From assembly GCA_964648335.1 (NCBI GenBank), contig CAZYLZ010000001.1, forward strand, positions 26,667 through 78,526: a stretch of 51,860 nucleotides of DNA, written 5' to 3'. Below the pieces are notes generated by a model, which worked only from the letters and a program-made list of their open reading frames with translations, was not told the origin of the DNA and did no database searches. Positions 43,141 to 51,796 of this stretch are shown here, one piece after another; position 1 is the first letter of the stretch, and each line of letters begins with the position of its first letter. Source of the DNA: an uncultured Candidatus Saccharibacteria bacterium. Lineage in GTDB: Bacteria; Patescibacteriota; Minisyncoccia; Phycocordibacterales; UBA2100. The translations under genes were made by a program, and so were the position numbers.

Positions 43141-43169
43141 AAAAACATCGCTTAAAGCGATGTTTTTTC
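43141..43169 (+). terminator. Rho-independent terminator
   Basis: AAAAACATCGCT (43141-43152) / AGCGATGTTTTT (43156-43167). Preceded by a second hairpin TTAAGAAC/GTTCTTAA (43121-43141). Confidence 0.7.
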
Positions 43170-43204
43170 GTTGGCCTAAGGTCGATACTGTCAGACCCCA
43201 GCAA

Positions 43205-43229
43205 GAAAAAACCCCGAACTTCGGGGTTT
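43205..43229 (-). terminator. Rho-independent terminator of CDS 43244..43570
   Basis: ACCCCGA (43211-43217) / TCGGGGT (43221-43227). The A-run at 43206-43210 gives a T-run on the minus strand. Confidence 0.7.
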
Positions 43230-43243
43230 GATTGGTGACGTAG

Positions 43244-43570
43244 TCAGAACAAGATGCCCTGTGCGCTTTGCTTGCGTTGGATCTGATAGAACAGATACTG
43301 TGCGTCGTGCGAAGGGTCGAGTTTTTTCCGATGATCGGCAGAGTAGAGGAGCGGTATCACGGCCCAGATATGATAATCCTTGCCTTGATCGGCTCTTGCC
43401 TGCCTTGTAGCCCAGTCAGAAAGCGCTTTGCGTTCGTCCGGCGGCAAAAAACACAACAGTTGTCTGCCGCAGTAGTCGAGGTCGAGCGTGCGTTTGGCAT
43501 TGCGTACATGTGTCCAAAGCGTGTGGTGCAAGACCATGACGCCATTGGGCAGTCGGACAAAGTTCGACAT
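43244..43570 (-). CDS. Hypothetical protein (108 aa)
   Basis: AGGAGG SD 4 nt before ATG 43570, with a terminator downstream. Confidence 0.55.
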   Translation of the reverse strand: MSNFVRLPNGVMVLHHTLWTHVRNAKRTLDLDYCGRQLLCFLPPDERKALSDWATRQARADQGKDYHIWAVIPLLYSADHRKKLDPSHDAQYLFYQIQRKQSAQGILF

Positions 43571-43639
43571 GGCTCCTCCTGTATGGCTAGTCGCACAGTA
43601 CCTCGTTTTCGTTGGTTGGCCAAGTGCTGCACGTGGATG

Positions 43640-43654
43640 TAGCATACGGCTATG
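43640..43654 (+). promoter_or_regulatory. -10-like box abutting the start codon (candidate leaderless promoter)
   Basis: TAGCAT (43640-43645), 6 nt, ATG (43652). Confidence 0.4.
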
Positions 43655-44365
43655 GATAAGCAGCGAGCACGCCCTGAGTCACCCCGAAGAGTGGCGGTAT
43701 TTGATGTCGATGGCACTATATTCCGTTCAAGCCTCTTCATTCAGCTTACCGAGGCTCTCATCCGGGAAGGTATATTTCCTCCGACGTTGCGTGGATCGTA
43801 CGAGCGTCAGCACAAAAAATGGCTCGAACGCGAAGGCGATTACGATTCGTATATCGGTGCCATGGTCGAGGCGTTTTCCAGAGAAATAAAAGGTGTCGGA
43901 TATGGTGAGTTTGCCGACATTGCCGAAGAAGTGGTCGATCTGCAGTGGAAGCAGACGTACCGGTTTACGCGCGACCTCATCAAGGACCTCAAGGCCAAGG
44001 GGTATTATCTCTTGGCCATATCGCATTCCCCAAAGACGATCCTCGACAAGTTTTGCCCACGCATAGGCTTCGACAAGGCCTACGGCATGGTCTACGAGCT
44101 CGGTCCTTCGGATCGTTTTACCGGCGTCGTTATAGACGAGCATCTCATCCGCAACAAAGCTGCGGTCCTTAAGCGGGCCGTCGAAAAAGAAGGGCTTACG
44201 CTCGCACATTCGATCGGTGTCGGCGATACCGAAAGTGATATACCGTTTCTCGAGGCTGTGGCGCGGCCTATTTGTTTCAATCCGAACGCCCGGCTCTTTA
44301 AGTACGCTAAGCGCATGGGATGGAAGATCGTAGTCGAACGTAAGGATGTGATCTATGATCTCTGA
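43652..44365 (+). CDS. HAD-IB family hydrolase (phosphoserine-phosphatase-like)
   Basis: Motif I FDVDGT, motif IV GVGDTESD. Confidence 0.8.
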   Translation: MDKQRARPESPRRVAVFDVDGTIFRSSLFIQLTEALIREGIFPPTLRGSYERQHKKWLEREGDYDSYIGAMVEAFSREIKGVGYGEFADIAEEVVDLQWKQTYRFTRDLIKDLKAKGYYLLAISHSPKTILDKFCPRIGFDKAYGMVYELGPSDRFTGVVIDEHLIRNKAAVLKRAVEKEGLTLAHSIGVGDTESDIPFLEAVARPICFNPNARLFKYAKRMGWKIVVERKDVIYDL

Positions 44366-44366
44366 T

Positions 44367-45086
44367 ATGAAGCTCTTTTTACTGATTGTGCTCGTTGGTC
44401 TTGCGTACTTTGGGTACGCGTCCCTCAGACTGTATTCATTCGCACAAAAGAGCAAACCGCTCGTCGAGGTCGCGGTACCGTTTTCGATCGACGAACCCGC
44501 CCGGAGCAAGCGAGTCCTCGTTTTGGGTGACAGCACCGCTGCTGGAGTCGGTAGTGTGCCTGAGAGCACCGTGGCCGGGCGTATCGCCGCGTGGCTCAAT
44601 GCCAATGTCGATAACTACGCAAAAAGCGGAGCGGTCACTGCGGATCTTTCAGGGCAGATGGCGCAATCCGACAGTGAGCGGTATGATCTCGTCGTAATAC
44701 AGATTGGTGCAAATGACATCATAAGACTTCTGAGCTTGAGTCAGGCCGACCGTAACCTCGATAGCATTCTCTCGGCACTCGCAAAAAAGTCTGACAAGAT
44801 TGCGTTTTTAACCGCAGGCGACGTGGGAGACGCGCCCCTGTGGCCATACCCTATGGCGTGGCTCTATACCTACCGGACACGAATGCTGCGCGAGCTGTTT
44901 ATTGCCGAGGCGGTAAAGCACTCTGCGGTGTATGTCGACATCTACGCCGAGGGGAACATATTTGGCGACGACGAAGCTAAGAACTACGCACCGGACATGC
45001 TGCATCCGTCCGCTGATGGGTACGGTAAGTGGTTTGCGCTCTTGCAAAAGAGCGTCCGTGCGCGCTGGCCCGAGCTCGAGAAATGA
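44367..45086 (+). CDS. SGNH/GDSL hydrolase, membrane anchored
   Basis: Block I GDSTAAG, block III GANDI, block V DMLHPS. Alternative overlapping start at 44355. Confidence 0.8.
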   Translation: MKLFLLIVLVGLAYFGYASLRLYSFAQKSKPLVEVAVPFSIDEPARSKRVLVLGDSTAAGVGSVPESTVAGRIAAWLNANVDNYAKSGAVTADLSGQMAQSDSERYDLVVIQIGANDIIRLLSLSQADRNLDSILSALAKKSDKIAFLTAGDVGDAPLWPYPMAWLYTYRTRMLRELFIAEAVKHSAVYVDIYAEGNIFGDDEAKNYAPDMLHPSADGYGKWFALLQKSVRARWPELEK

Positions 45087-45904
45087 AACCGGACGCACAG
45101 GCGATACGTGACTTTCGCCATGTAGTGCTCGACTACTACGAAAAAACGGGACGGCACGATCTGCCATGGAGAAAAACGAGGGATCCGTACAAGATACTGG
45201 TTTCAGAAGTGATGTTGCAGCAGACGCAGGTGTCGCGTGTACTCGTGAAATACCGCGAATTCCTGGCTGCATATCCAACCATCGAAGACCTTGCAGGCGC
45301 CTCGTTGTCAGACGTTCTCAAGGTCTGGAGCGGGCTCGGCTACAACCGCCGCGGTAGATTTTTGCAGCTTGCCGCACAAGCTGTTGTCGAGCGTCACAAG
45401 GGTAAGGTCCCGCAGGATGTGATGATACTCGAATCATTGCCCGGAATCGGCGCATACACCGCTCGTGCCATCGCGACGTTCGCCTTTAACCAACCACATG
45501 CCTTTATAGAAACAAATATCCGATCCGTCTTTTTGCATCACTTCTTTCCGAAAGGAAGAAATGTCTCAGATGCGCGGCTCATGCCGATCATCGAAGCGGC
45601 GATTGACCGGGATGATCCGCGTCGGTGGTACTGGGCACTGATGGATTATGGAGTGCTCCTGAAGCAGGTGTATGGAAATCCGTCACGCCGGAGCAAGCAC
45701 CATACCAGGCAGGCAAAGTTCGAGGGATCGATGCGGCAAGCCCGTGGCGCGATACTCATGTACCTGCATACGCATGCGACCGCGACAGAGAAAGAGCTTT
45801 GTACGGCCACCGGAATCGAGATAGCGCGCATACACGCCGCGCTCTTTGGTCTTACCAAAGACAAGATGCTTGTCCGCGAGGATGGGGAGTGGAAAGTGGC
45901 GTAG
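45083..45904 (+). CDS. MutY/Nth-like HhH-GPD glycosylase without an Fe-S loop or NUDIX domain, with a winged-helix-like C-terminus
   Basis: LPWR..RDPYKILVSEVMLQQTQV, GLGYNRR, HhH LPGIGAYTA. Only one Cys in the protein. ATGA overlap with the SGNH gene. Confidence 0.75.
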   Translation: MKPDAQAIRDFRHVVLDYYEKTGRHDLPWRKTRDPYKILVSEVMLQQTQVSRVLVKYREFLAAYPTIEDLAGASLSDVLKVWSGLGYNRRGRFLQLAAQAVVERHKGKVPQDVMILESLPGIGAYTARAIATFAFNQPHAFIETNIRSVFLHHFFPKGRNVSDARLMPIIEAAIDRDDPRRWYWALMDYGVLLKQVYGNPSRRSKHHTRQAKFEGSMRQARGAILMYLHTHATATEKELCTATGIEIARIHAALFGLTKDKMLVREDGEWKVA

Positions 45905-45905
45905 A

Positions 45906-47072
45906 TTACCGTACCTTGAAGAGCTTCAGGGTGGATGGAAGTCCGGCAAACATGATCATGCCGATCACGACGAAGATTATCTCGATGTGAGCGACCAAAA
46001 GCACGAGACTTCCGATAAGAGGGCCGACGATAAGGCCCAGCTGTGCGACGGCACGGTACAGTCCGACTTCGTCGCTGTCTTGCGCACGCACCTGCTTGAA
46101 GAAGTAGCTCTCGCCGCCGATCTCGACTAACGCCGCGCCGACGCGCGTCATGAACATGAGCGCCGTCCATGCGGCAAAGCCTGCGTGTCCTATGAGTCCC
46201 ATGCCGATGGTCGTAACGGCGAGTACGATGAACCCACAGATGAGTATGTCGCGCTCGCCTATCCGTGTGTCGGCTAGATACCCTGCAGGGATCTCGACCA
46301 GTATGAACGCGATGAGCGCCAATGAGAGCATAGCGCCGATGTCGGGGAGCGAGAAGTCGAGGTGGTCGTGCAGATAGACGATGACGTACACCTCGATAAT
46401 GCCGTAAAAGACGTAAAGCAGGAATTTCTGGAAGAGGGCGCTCCGGATGACTGCGCGTTCGCGGAGGATCTTCCACATCCCGACAATACTGAACGATCGG
46501 TACCGAACATCCTTGAAGTGGGCGAGGCCCATGCCCGAGATGAGAAGCATAGGGGCCGATATGAGTGCCGCTACGATGAAAAGCGAGGTGAAGTCCTCAT
46601 TCTCGGTGAGGTGCCCAGCGACGATAGGTGCTATCACGAACGCGATGTTGGCCATCGTGATGAAGACAGCACGGACGAAACCGGTGTTCTCGGTCTCTTT
46701 CGTTTCTACCTGTAAGAACTCGTCGAGCGAGAGCATTGTAAGTGCCCAGGCTACCGTTATGGCGATAAAGCAAGTAATTGCTATGGCAGGACTCTGGAAG
46801 GGGCCGATCACGAGGAGTGCGACCGCCATGAGCGCCGTAAGAGTCGTAAAGAAGTGGTAGTTGCCGACTAGGCGTAAGATTCCTGGGCCTACCAGAAGCA
46901 GGATCATGCTTACTAGTGACGCAGCCGAGAAGACGAGGCCGATAGAGTTTTCGCCCACGCCACGCGAGACCAGGAATACCGGAATAAAGTACACGATGAG
47001 CGCGTACTGGAGGTTAGAAAAGAAATTGAGCGCATTGACCGCACGCTCCTCGCGGACTATCCGGGTAGACAC
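45906..47072 (-). CDS. MFS transporter
   Basis: About 12 hydrophobic spans. Start placed at GTG 47072 (388 aa). The tracked ORF to 47264 adds a non-hydrophobic, Pro/Arg-rich extension. Confidence 0.7.
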   Translation of the reverse strand: MSTRIVREERAVNALNFFSNLQYALIVYFIPVFLVSRGVGENSIGLVFSAASLVSMILLLVGPGILRLVGNYHFFTTLTALMAVALLVIGPFQSPAIAITCFIAITVAWALTMLSLDEFLQVETKETENTGFVRAVFITMANIAFVIAPIVAGHLTENEDFTSLFIVAALISAPMLLISGMGLAHFKDVRYRSFSIVGMWKILRERAVIRSALFQKFLLYVFYGIIEVYVIVYLHDHLDFSLPDIGAMLSLALIAFILVEIPAGYLADTRIGERDILICGFIVLAVTTIGMGLIGHAGFAAWTALMFMTRVGAALVEIGGESYFFKQVRAQDSDEVGLYRAVAQLGLIVGPLIGSLVLLVAHIEIIFVVIGMIMFAGLPSTLKLFKVR

Positions 47073-47084
47073 TGGATAAGTATA
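47070..47084 (-). promoter_or_regulatory. -10 box abutting a GTG start (candidate leaderless promoter)
   Basis: Minus strand: TATACT (47084-47079), 6 nt, GTG (47072). Confidence 0.35.
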
Positions 47085-47110
47085 CCGTGACCTCGTCGGC
47101 GAGTTTCCAC

Positions 47111-47141
47111 AAAAAAAGACCGACCCGGGAAGGGTCGGTCT
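47111..47141 (-). terminator. Rho-independent terminator of CDS 47153..47509
   Basis: AGACCGACCC (47117-47126) / GGGTCGGTCT (47132-47141). T7 on the minus strand. Confidence 0.8.
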
Positions 47142-47152
47142 GGGCGAGGGTC

Positions 47153-47509
47153 TTAGGTCCTGGCGCGGGTTCTGGCTTGTGCTGGTATGCGACGGTTGAT
47201 GATGGCGATACCCAAGTACACGATGGCCAACAAGCCATTGAACCATATGCAGTCCCGCGACCACATGGGTCCATTGATGGTACCGCCTTGGGTTACGCGG
47301 TACGCTTCCATCGAAAGGAAGGCATACATCGAGCCCCAGCAGAGGGCAATTCCGGTGAGTGGAAACGAGTTGTTGCCTCGCCGCTTTTCGAAGTGCGAGA
47401 GCACTGCGAGAAATAGAGTAAGCCCTAACACTGCAGTACTGACTTTGAAGTGCCAGTAGTGGTGGCCGGACCGGAATGCGATTCCGAGGATGGTTACCGG
47501 ATCATTCAT
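47153..47509 (-). CDS. Small integral membrane protein (118 aa)
   Basis: GGAGGG SD 6 nt upstream. Three to four hydrophobic spans. Confidence 0.6.
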   Translation of the reverse strand: MNDPVTILGIAFRSGHHYWHFKVSTAVLGLTLFLAVLSHFEKRRGNNSFPLTGIALCWGSMYAFLSMEAYRVTQGGTINGPMWSRDCIWFNGLLAIVYLGIAIINRRIPAQARTRART

Positions 47510-47571
47510 GTGAATCCCTCCGTTTATCTAAATACATTTTAATACAAATTAAAGAATAGTCAATAAACAAG

Positions 47572-47597
47572 AAAAGACCGCTGTGATGCGGTCTTTT
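47572..47597 (-). terminator. Rho-independent terminator of the RNase J gene
   Basis: AAAAGACCGC (47572-47581) / GCGGTCTTTT (47588-47597). T-rich on both sides. Confidence 0.75.
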
Positions 47598-47617
47598 CTT
47601 TTGGGTTACTGCGTTGG

Positions 47618-49687
47618 CTATACGCTCACGATCACCGGGATGACGATCGGGCGTTTGTGGGTCTTTTGGAGTAAGAAGTGCGAGACGGTCTCTTCGAGGT
47701 GCGATTTAAGTTGGTCTATGTCTACCTCTTTCGGTCGGCGCATCTCGTCTTGGACTGTCTTGTGGACCAAGAGGCGCGTCTGGTCCATGAGGTCTTTGTT
47801 CTCGCGCAGATACACGAATCCGCGAGAGATGATATCGGCGGACTTGTGGAGCTTGCCGGTGCGACGGTCCAAGGTGGCGACGACCACGCAGAAGCCGTCC
47901 TGTGCCAAGGTCTTACGGTCGCGCATGACGACCTCGGAGAGCTCGCCGACACTCTGGCCCTCGACGATGCGAAGTTCAGATGGCGCCTTCATCTTGCGCT
48001 TGATGATAGTCTCGCCGTTCTCGATCTCGATGATCGACGAGTTGTCGGGGATGATGATGTTCTTGGGGTCCATGCCGAGCTCGACTGCGAGGTCTGCGTG
48101 CAAGCGGAGCTTGAAGTGGTATCCGTGCTGCGGCATGAAGAACTTCGGCTTTATCTGCGTGTGAATCCACGCTGCCTCTCCACGATTTCCATGGCCCGAT
48201 GCGTGAACGTCGGAGGTTTGATAGGTGATGATGGTAGCGCCCTGGCGTGAAAGATTGTCCATGAGCTTCTGTACCGCGCGCTCGTTGCCCGGGATGACCG
48301 ACGACGAGAACACAACGGTGTCCTCGGGTACGAGGCGTACCGACTTGTGTGTCTTGTTAGCGATGCGAGCAAGCGCCGCGAACTCGTCGCCCTGCGCGCC
48401 GGTTGCGAGGATGATGATCTTCTCGGGCGGGTAGTCGCCCATCTGCTCGGCCGAGATAATGGTATCGTCGCGGTGCTTCAAGAGTCCGAGCTGACGCACG
48501 ATCTCGATGTTCGCCTTCATGGAGCGGCCCTCGATCACGATCTTTCTGTGCGCGCGTTCGGCGACCCTGACTATGTGCATGAGACGCTCGAGATGCGATG
48601 CGAAGGCCGAGATGATGAGACGGGTATTGGTGCTGGTTATGATCTGCTCGAGCGTATTGAAGACGATGTGCTCAGGGATTGAGAAGCCCGGACGGTCGAC
48701 GTTTGTCGAGTCCATCATCAAGAAAAGGACCTTCTCATTCTTGAAGATCGCAAATTCTTTCTTCTCCTGGTCGGTAGGATCGCCGTCGACGTGGTCGAGC
48801 TTGATGTCTCCGGTGCAGACGACTGCTCCGTGCGGCGTATCGATAATGATGCCCATTGAGTCCGGAACGGTGTGCGTGACGCCGAAGAACCGTACCTGCA
48901 AGTGACCGAGCTTCACGGTGTCGGTGCTCTCGACTTCGCGGATATCGATCTTAGGAAGATACGCAAATTCCTCTTGGCGCTTCTTAATCATCATGCTCGT
49001 GAGCTTGCGCGTATAGACCGGCGGGTTCCCGATACGATCTAGAATGTATGGGATACCTCCGATGTGGTCCAAGTGACCGTGGGTGATCACGAGTCCGCGC
49101 ACCTTGTGGCGGCGTTCTTCGAGGTACTGCGTGTTAGGCAAGATGAAATCGATTCCCGGTGTATCGTCTTCTTGAAATTGGATACCACAGTCGATGACGA
49201 TGATGTCGTCGCCGTATTCGACGACGGTCATGTTGCGTCCGATCTCTTCTACGCCTCCCAAGGGGATTATACGGACGGTACCTGGGGTCGGTGGCGGAAT
49301 CTCGGGACCGCTTGGAGTGCGAGGTGCCATCGAGGGGATGCCAGGAGTATTGGGTCGGCGCGCAGGACGGCGCGATCCTCCGCGTCCGCCTCCGCCGCCT
49401 CCACGACCGCCGCCATGCGACGGGCGAGACGAACCTCCGCGTCCGCCTCCGGTCGGAGCCGATCCGGGAGTGCCTGAACGCTCGCCGCGACCCGCGTTAC
49501 CCGAGCCGCTAAAGCCGCCGCGACCACGTCCGCGGTTGAATCCACCTCTGCGGAAGTTGCGACCGCTTGAGCCTTCTTTGGGGCGTCCGTTGGACGGACC
49601 GCGACCCTGTGCGGAGCTGTCTGCCGAGCCGGCGTTGTCTGATCGAGCGGGTGAGGCTCCTGAATTATCTGACTGATCTGGGAACAT
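47618..49687 (-). CDS. rnj: Ribonuclease J with an N-terminal Arg/Gly/Ser/Pro-rich extension of about 136 aa
   Basis: Metallo-beta-lactamase HGHLDHIG, beta-CASP and C-terminal domain. Core begins VRIIPLGGVEEIGRNM. The extension is in frame from ATG 49687. Alternative start at Met120 (49330). Confidence 0.85.
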   Translation of the reverse strand: MFPDQSDNSGASPARSDNAGSADSSAQGRGPSNGRPKEGSSGRNFRRGGFNRGRGRGGFSGSGNAGRGERSGTPGSAPTGGGRGGSSRPSHGGGRGGGGGGRGGSRRPARRPNTPGIPSMAPRTPSGPEIPPPTPGTVRIIPLGGVEEIGRNMTVVEYGDDIIVIDCGIQFQEDDTPGIDFILPNTQYLEERRHKVRGLVITHGHLDHIGGIPYILDRIGNPPVYTRKLTSMMIKKRQEEFAYLPKIDIREVESTDTVKLGHLQVRFFGVTHTVPDSMGIIIDTPHGAVVCTGDIKLDHVDGDPTDQEKKEFAIFKNEKVLFLMMDSTNVDRPGFSIPEHIVFNTLEQIITSTNTRLIISAFASHLERLMHIVRVAERAHRKIVIEGRSMKANIEIVRQLGLLKHRDDTIISAEQMGDYPPEKIIILATGAQGDEFAALARIANKTHKSVRLVPEDTVVFSSSVIPGNERAVQKLMDNLSRQGATIITYQTSDVHASGHGNRGEAAWIHTQIKPKFFMPQHGYHFKLRLHADLAVELGMDPKNIIIPDNSSIIEIENGETIIKRKMKAPSELRIVEGQSVGELSEVVMRDRKTLAQDGFCVVVATLDRRTGKLHKSADIISRGFVYLRENKDLMDQTRLLVHKTVQDEMRRPKEVDIDQLKSHLEETVSHFLLQKTHKRPIVIPVIVSV

Positions 49688-49712
49688 AAAACGTTGTTAC
49701 AAATAATGATTA

Positions 49713-51527
49713 TTACTCTGTCGCAGTGTCTTGCGTAAAGAGGTGCCAGACCTGCTCGGTCTCGGTATACCACTGGTACACATTAAGGAATCTCTCTGCC
49801 GGTGTAGTGAGGGCCCCTAGCATCGTGCCGTGCACCGACTTCGGTAGCACATAGATGAAGTCTGGAGCATACAGGAAAATCGCCGGATTGTCTCCTTGTA
49901 CGATTTTTGCAAAGCTTACGTAATCTTCTTCGCGTTGCCTACGGTCAACCAAGGCGCGAGCCTCGGTGAGGAGAGTGTCGGCCTTTGAGTTTGCGTAGAG
50001 AGCGAGGTTGAGCCCCGGGTCTATGCGTTGGCTCGAATGCCAGAACGCAAAGAGATCAAGGGAGCGTCCGACTATCTCGCCAAAGAGAAGCGCGTCATAG
50101 TCGCGCGGACGGATCGCCGAGGTGTTGAGATCGCTCGTCGAGAAGACGTGCACCGTAACATTCGCACCCAAGGCGCGCCAAGCCGATGCGACGGCTTCTG
50201 CGGTGTCCTTGAGTTCCGGTGTGTCGGCAGTCGAGATTGCGAAGGTCAACTGTTCGGTCTTCTTGCCAGTCTTCTTGGTCCACGTGTGCACCGACTCGTC
50301 AAATGTCCATCCGCCCTTCTCGAGAATGGACTTCGCGTTCGCAATCGGATCTTCTGCCGGTTCCTCGGCGGCGAGCTTATCAGAATTGAGAACACCAGGC
50401 GGGATAGGTCCGTCAATCGGCTTGCCGTAGCCGCCGAGTGCTTTCGCAATGATCTCTTTCTTGTTGATCGCGACGTTAAGTGCTTTGCGTACCGATGCGT
50501 CGGTAAACACCGGCGCCTGCGACTGGTTGAAGAAGATGGCGAACACGCGTGGCAAGGGAGCGCTCAGTACTTGAGCGTCAGGGTCTATCTGTGTTAGCTG
50601 CGAAGGCTCAAGTCCCGCGACCGCTTCGATGGTACCGGCTTTGTATGCCTTGAGGAGTGCCGTGCTGTTGGGGAAGAACGAGAGTTTGATGGAGCTTATG
50701 TACGGGTAGCCCAAAGTAAAGCGATCAAACGCCGCGAGATAGAAGACCGACGGCGCACCCGTGGAGTCTGCGGTGGTACGCACGACCTCGTACGGGCCGC
50801 TTCCGATAGGATCGGTATTGAGCTTGTGGAACGAGAACTCCTCGGGGGTGACGTTCTGCCAGAGATGTTTGGGAAGGATGCCGAGCGTCGTGTTCTCGAG
50901 AAACGGCGAATATGCGTGAGACAGCATAAAGACGACGGTCTGTGCGTCCGGTGCCGAAACCTCGACACCTTCCCAGTCCGCACGCTTGGGACTCTTTACG
51001 CTCGGATTCTGCGCGGCTTCGACGGTATAGACGACATCGGCAGAGGTGAGCGGCTTGCCATCGTGAAAGACCGCGTTCCGTCGGATCTTGAACGTGTATG
51101 TCTTGCCGTCGTCCGAGACGGTGTACGACTCGGCGAGGTCGGGAATGAAGTTGCCGTCGGCGTCGGCGCGCAACAGGCCCGAGTACACGAGTGAGGTCAC
51201 GTCGCGATCTGCGTCTGATATTGCTAATAGCGGGTTAGAGAAACGCGGCGTCCCGACGATACCTTCGGAGAACGACCCCGAATGAGCAGGGACCGACACC
51301 ATGATGCTCTTATTGAGTTCGGCGAGCATGGTAAAGGCACTCACGGCGAGTATGACCGAGAGTACATACAGGAGAAGGCGTTCGAACGGAGTGAACGAAA
51401 CCAAGAGCTCTTCGAGGCGGCGGATACCACGTACCCGGCGAGATTTAGTGAGCGTAGAATCTGGTTGCGATGAAAAAAGCGTACGTGGGGACGTACTCGG
51501 TGACGCGATTATATCTGGTTGATCCAT
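49713..51527 (-). CDS. ABC transporter substrate-binding protein, family 5 (peptide/nickel type), membrane anchored
   Basis: YTFKIRRNAVFHDGKPLTSADVVYT signature region. N-terminal TM anchor. Confidence 0.8.
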   Translation of the reverse strand: MDQPDIIASPSTSPRTLFSSQPDSTLTKSRRVRGIRRLEELLVSFTPFERLLLYVLSVILAVSAFTMLAELNKSIMVSVPAHSGSFSEGIVGTPRFSNPLLAISDADRDVTSLVYSGLLRADADGNFIPDLAESYTVSDDGKTYTFKIRRNAVFHDGKPLTSADVVYTVEAAQNPSVKSPKRADWEGVEVSAPDAQTVVFMLSHAYSPFLENTTLGILPKHLWQNVTPEEFSFHKLNTDPIGSGPYEVVRTTADSTGAPSVFYLAAFDRFTLGYPYISSIKLSFFPNSTALLKAYKAGTIEAVAGLEPSQLTQIDPDAQVLSAPLPRVFAIFFNQSQAPVFTDASVRKALNVAINKKEIIAKALGGYGKPIDGPIPPGVLNSDKLAAEEPAEDPIANAKSILEKGGWTFDESVHTWTKKTGKKTEQLTFAISTADTPELKDTAEAVASAWRALGANVTVHVFSTSDLNTSAIRPRDYDALLFGEIVGRSLDLFAFWHSSQRIDPGLNLALYANSKADTLLTEARALVDRRQREEDYVSFAKIVQGDNPAIFLYAPDFIYVLPKSVHGTMLGALTTPAERFLNVYQWYTETEQVWHLFTQDTATE

Positions 51528-51565
51528 ATGAATACCGCACCACGCTCAGGGCGTGGGGGATTTGG

Positions 51566-51796
51566 TTAGATGAACAAAGTGGCAAGAGCCGAGAATGCGA
51601 ACAGGATACCAAGTGCGATGGTTGCCCTAAAGAGGGTCTTCTCGAGGCCGCGGCGGGTATGAAAACCCGAGCTGAAGTTGTCAGCGCCGAATGCGCCGCC
51701 CAGGGTCGCCCCTGTGCGCTGCAAAAGTATCGCTCCCATAAGAAGCGCCGAGATGACTACCTGAAGGTAGGGCAGATAAAGACTTAGCGTTGCCAT
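51566..51796 (-). CDS. secG: Preprotein translocase subunit SecG
   Basis: Two TMs flanking the Gly-rich loop LLQRTGATLGGAFG. Alternative GTG start at 51814. Confidence 0.75.
   Translation of the reverse strand: MATLSLYLPYLQVVISALLMGAILLQRTGATLGGAFGADNFSSGFHTRRGLEKTLFRATIALGILFAFSALATLFI

Noticed and set aside
45646-46476. 276-aa minus-strand, Arg-rich ORF spanning the MutY-like / MFS junction
   Set aside because: It is out of frame with the MFS gene on the same strand and antisense to the glycosylase. Its extreme Arg/His composition indicates a GC-driven spurious frame.
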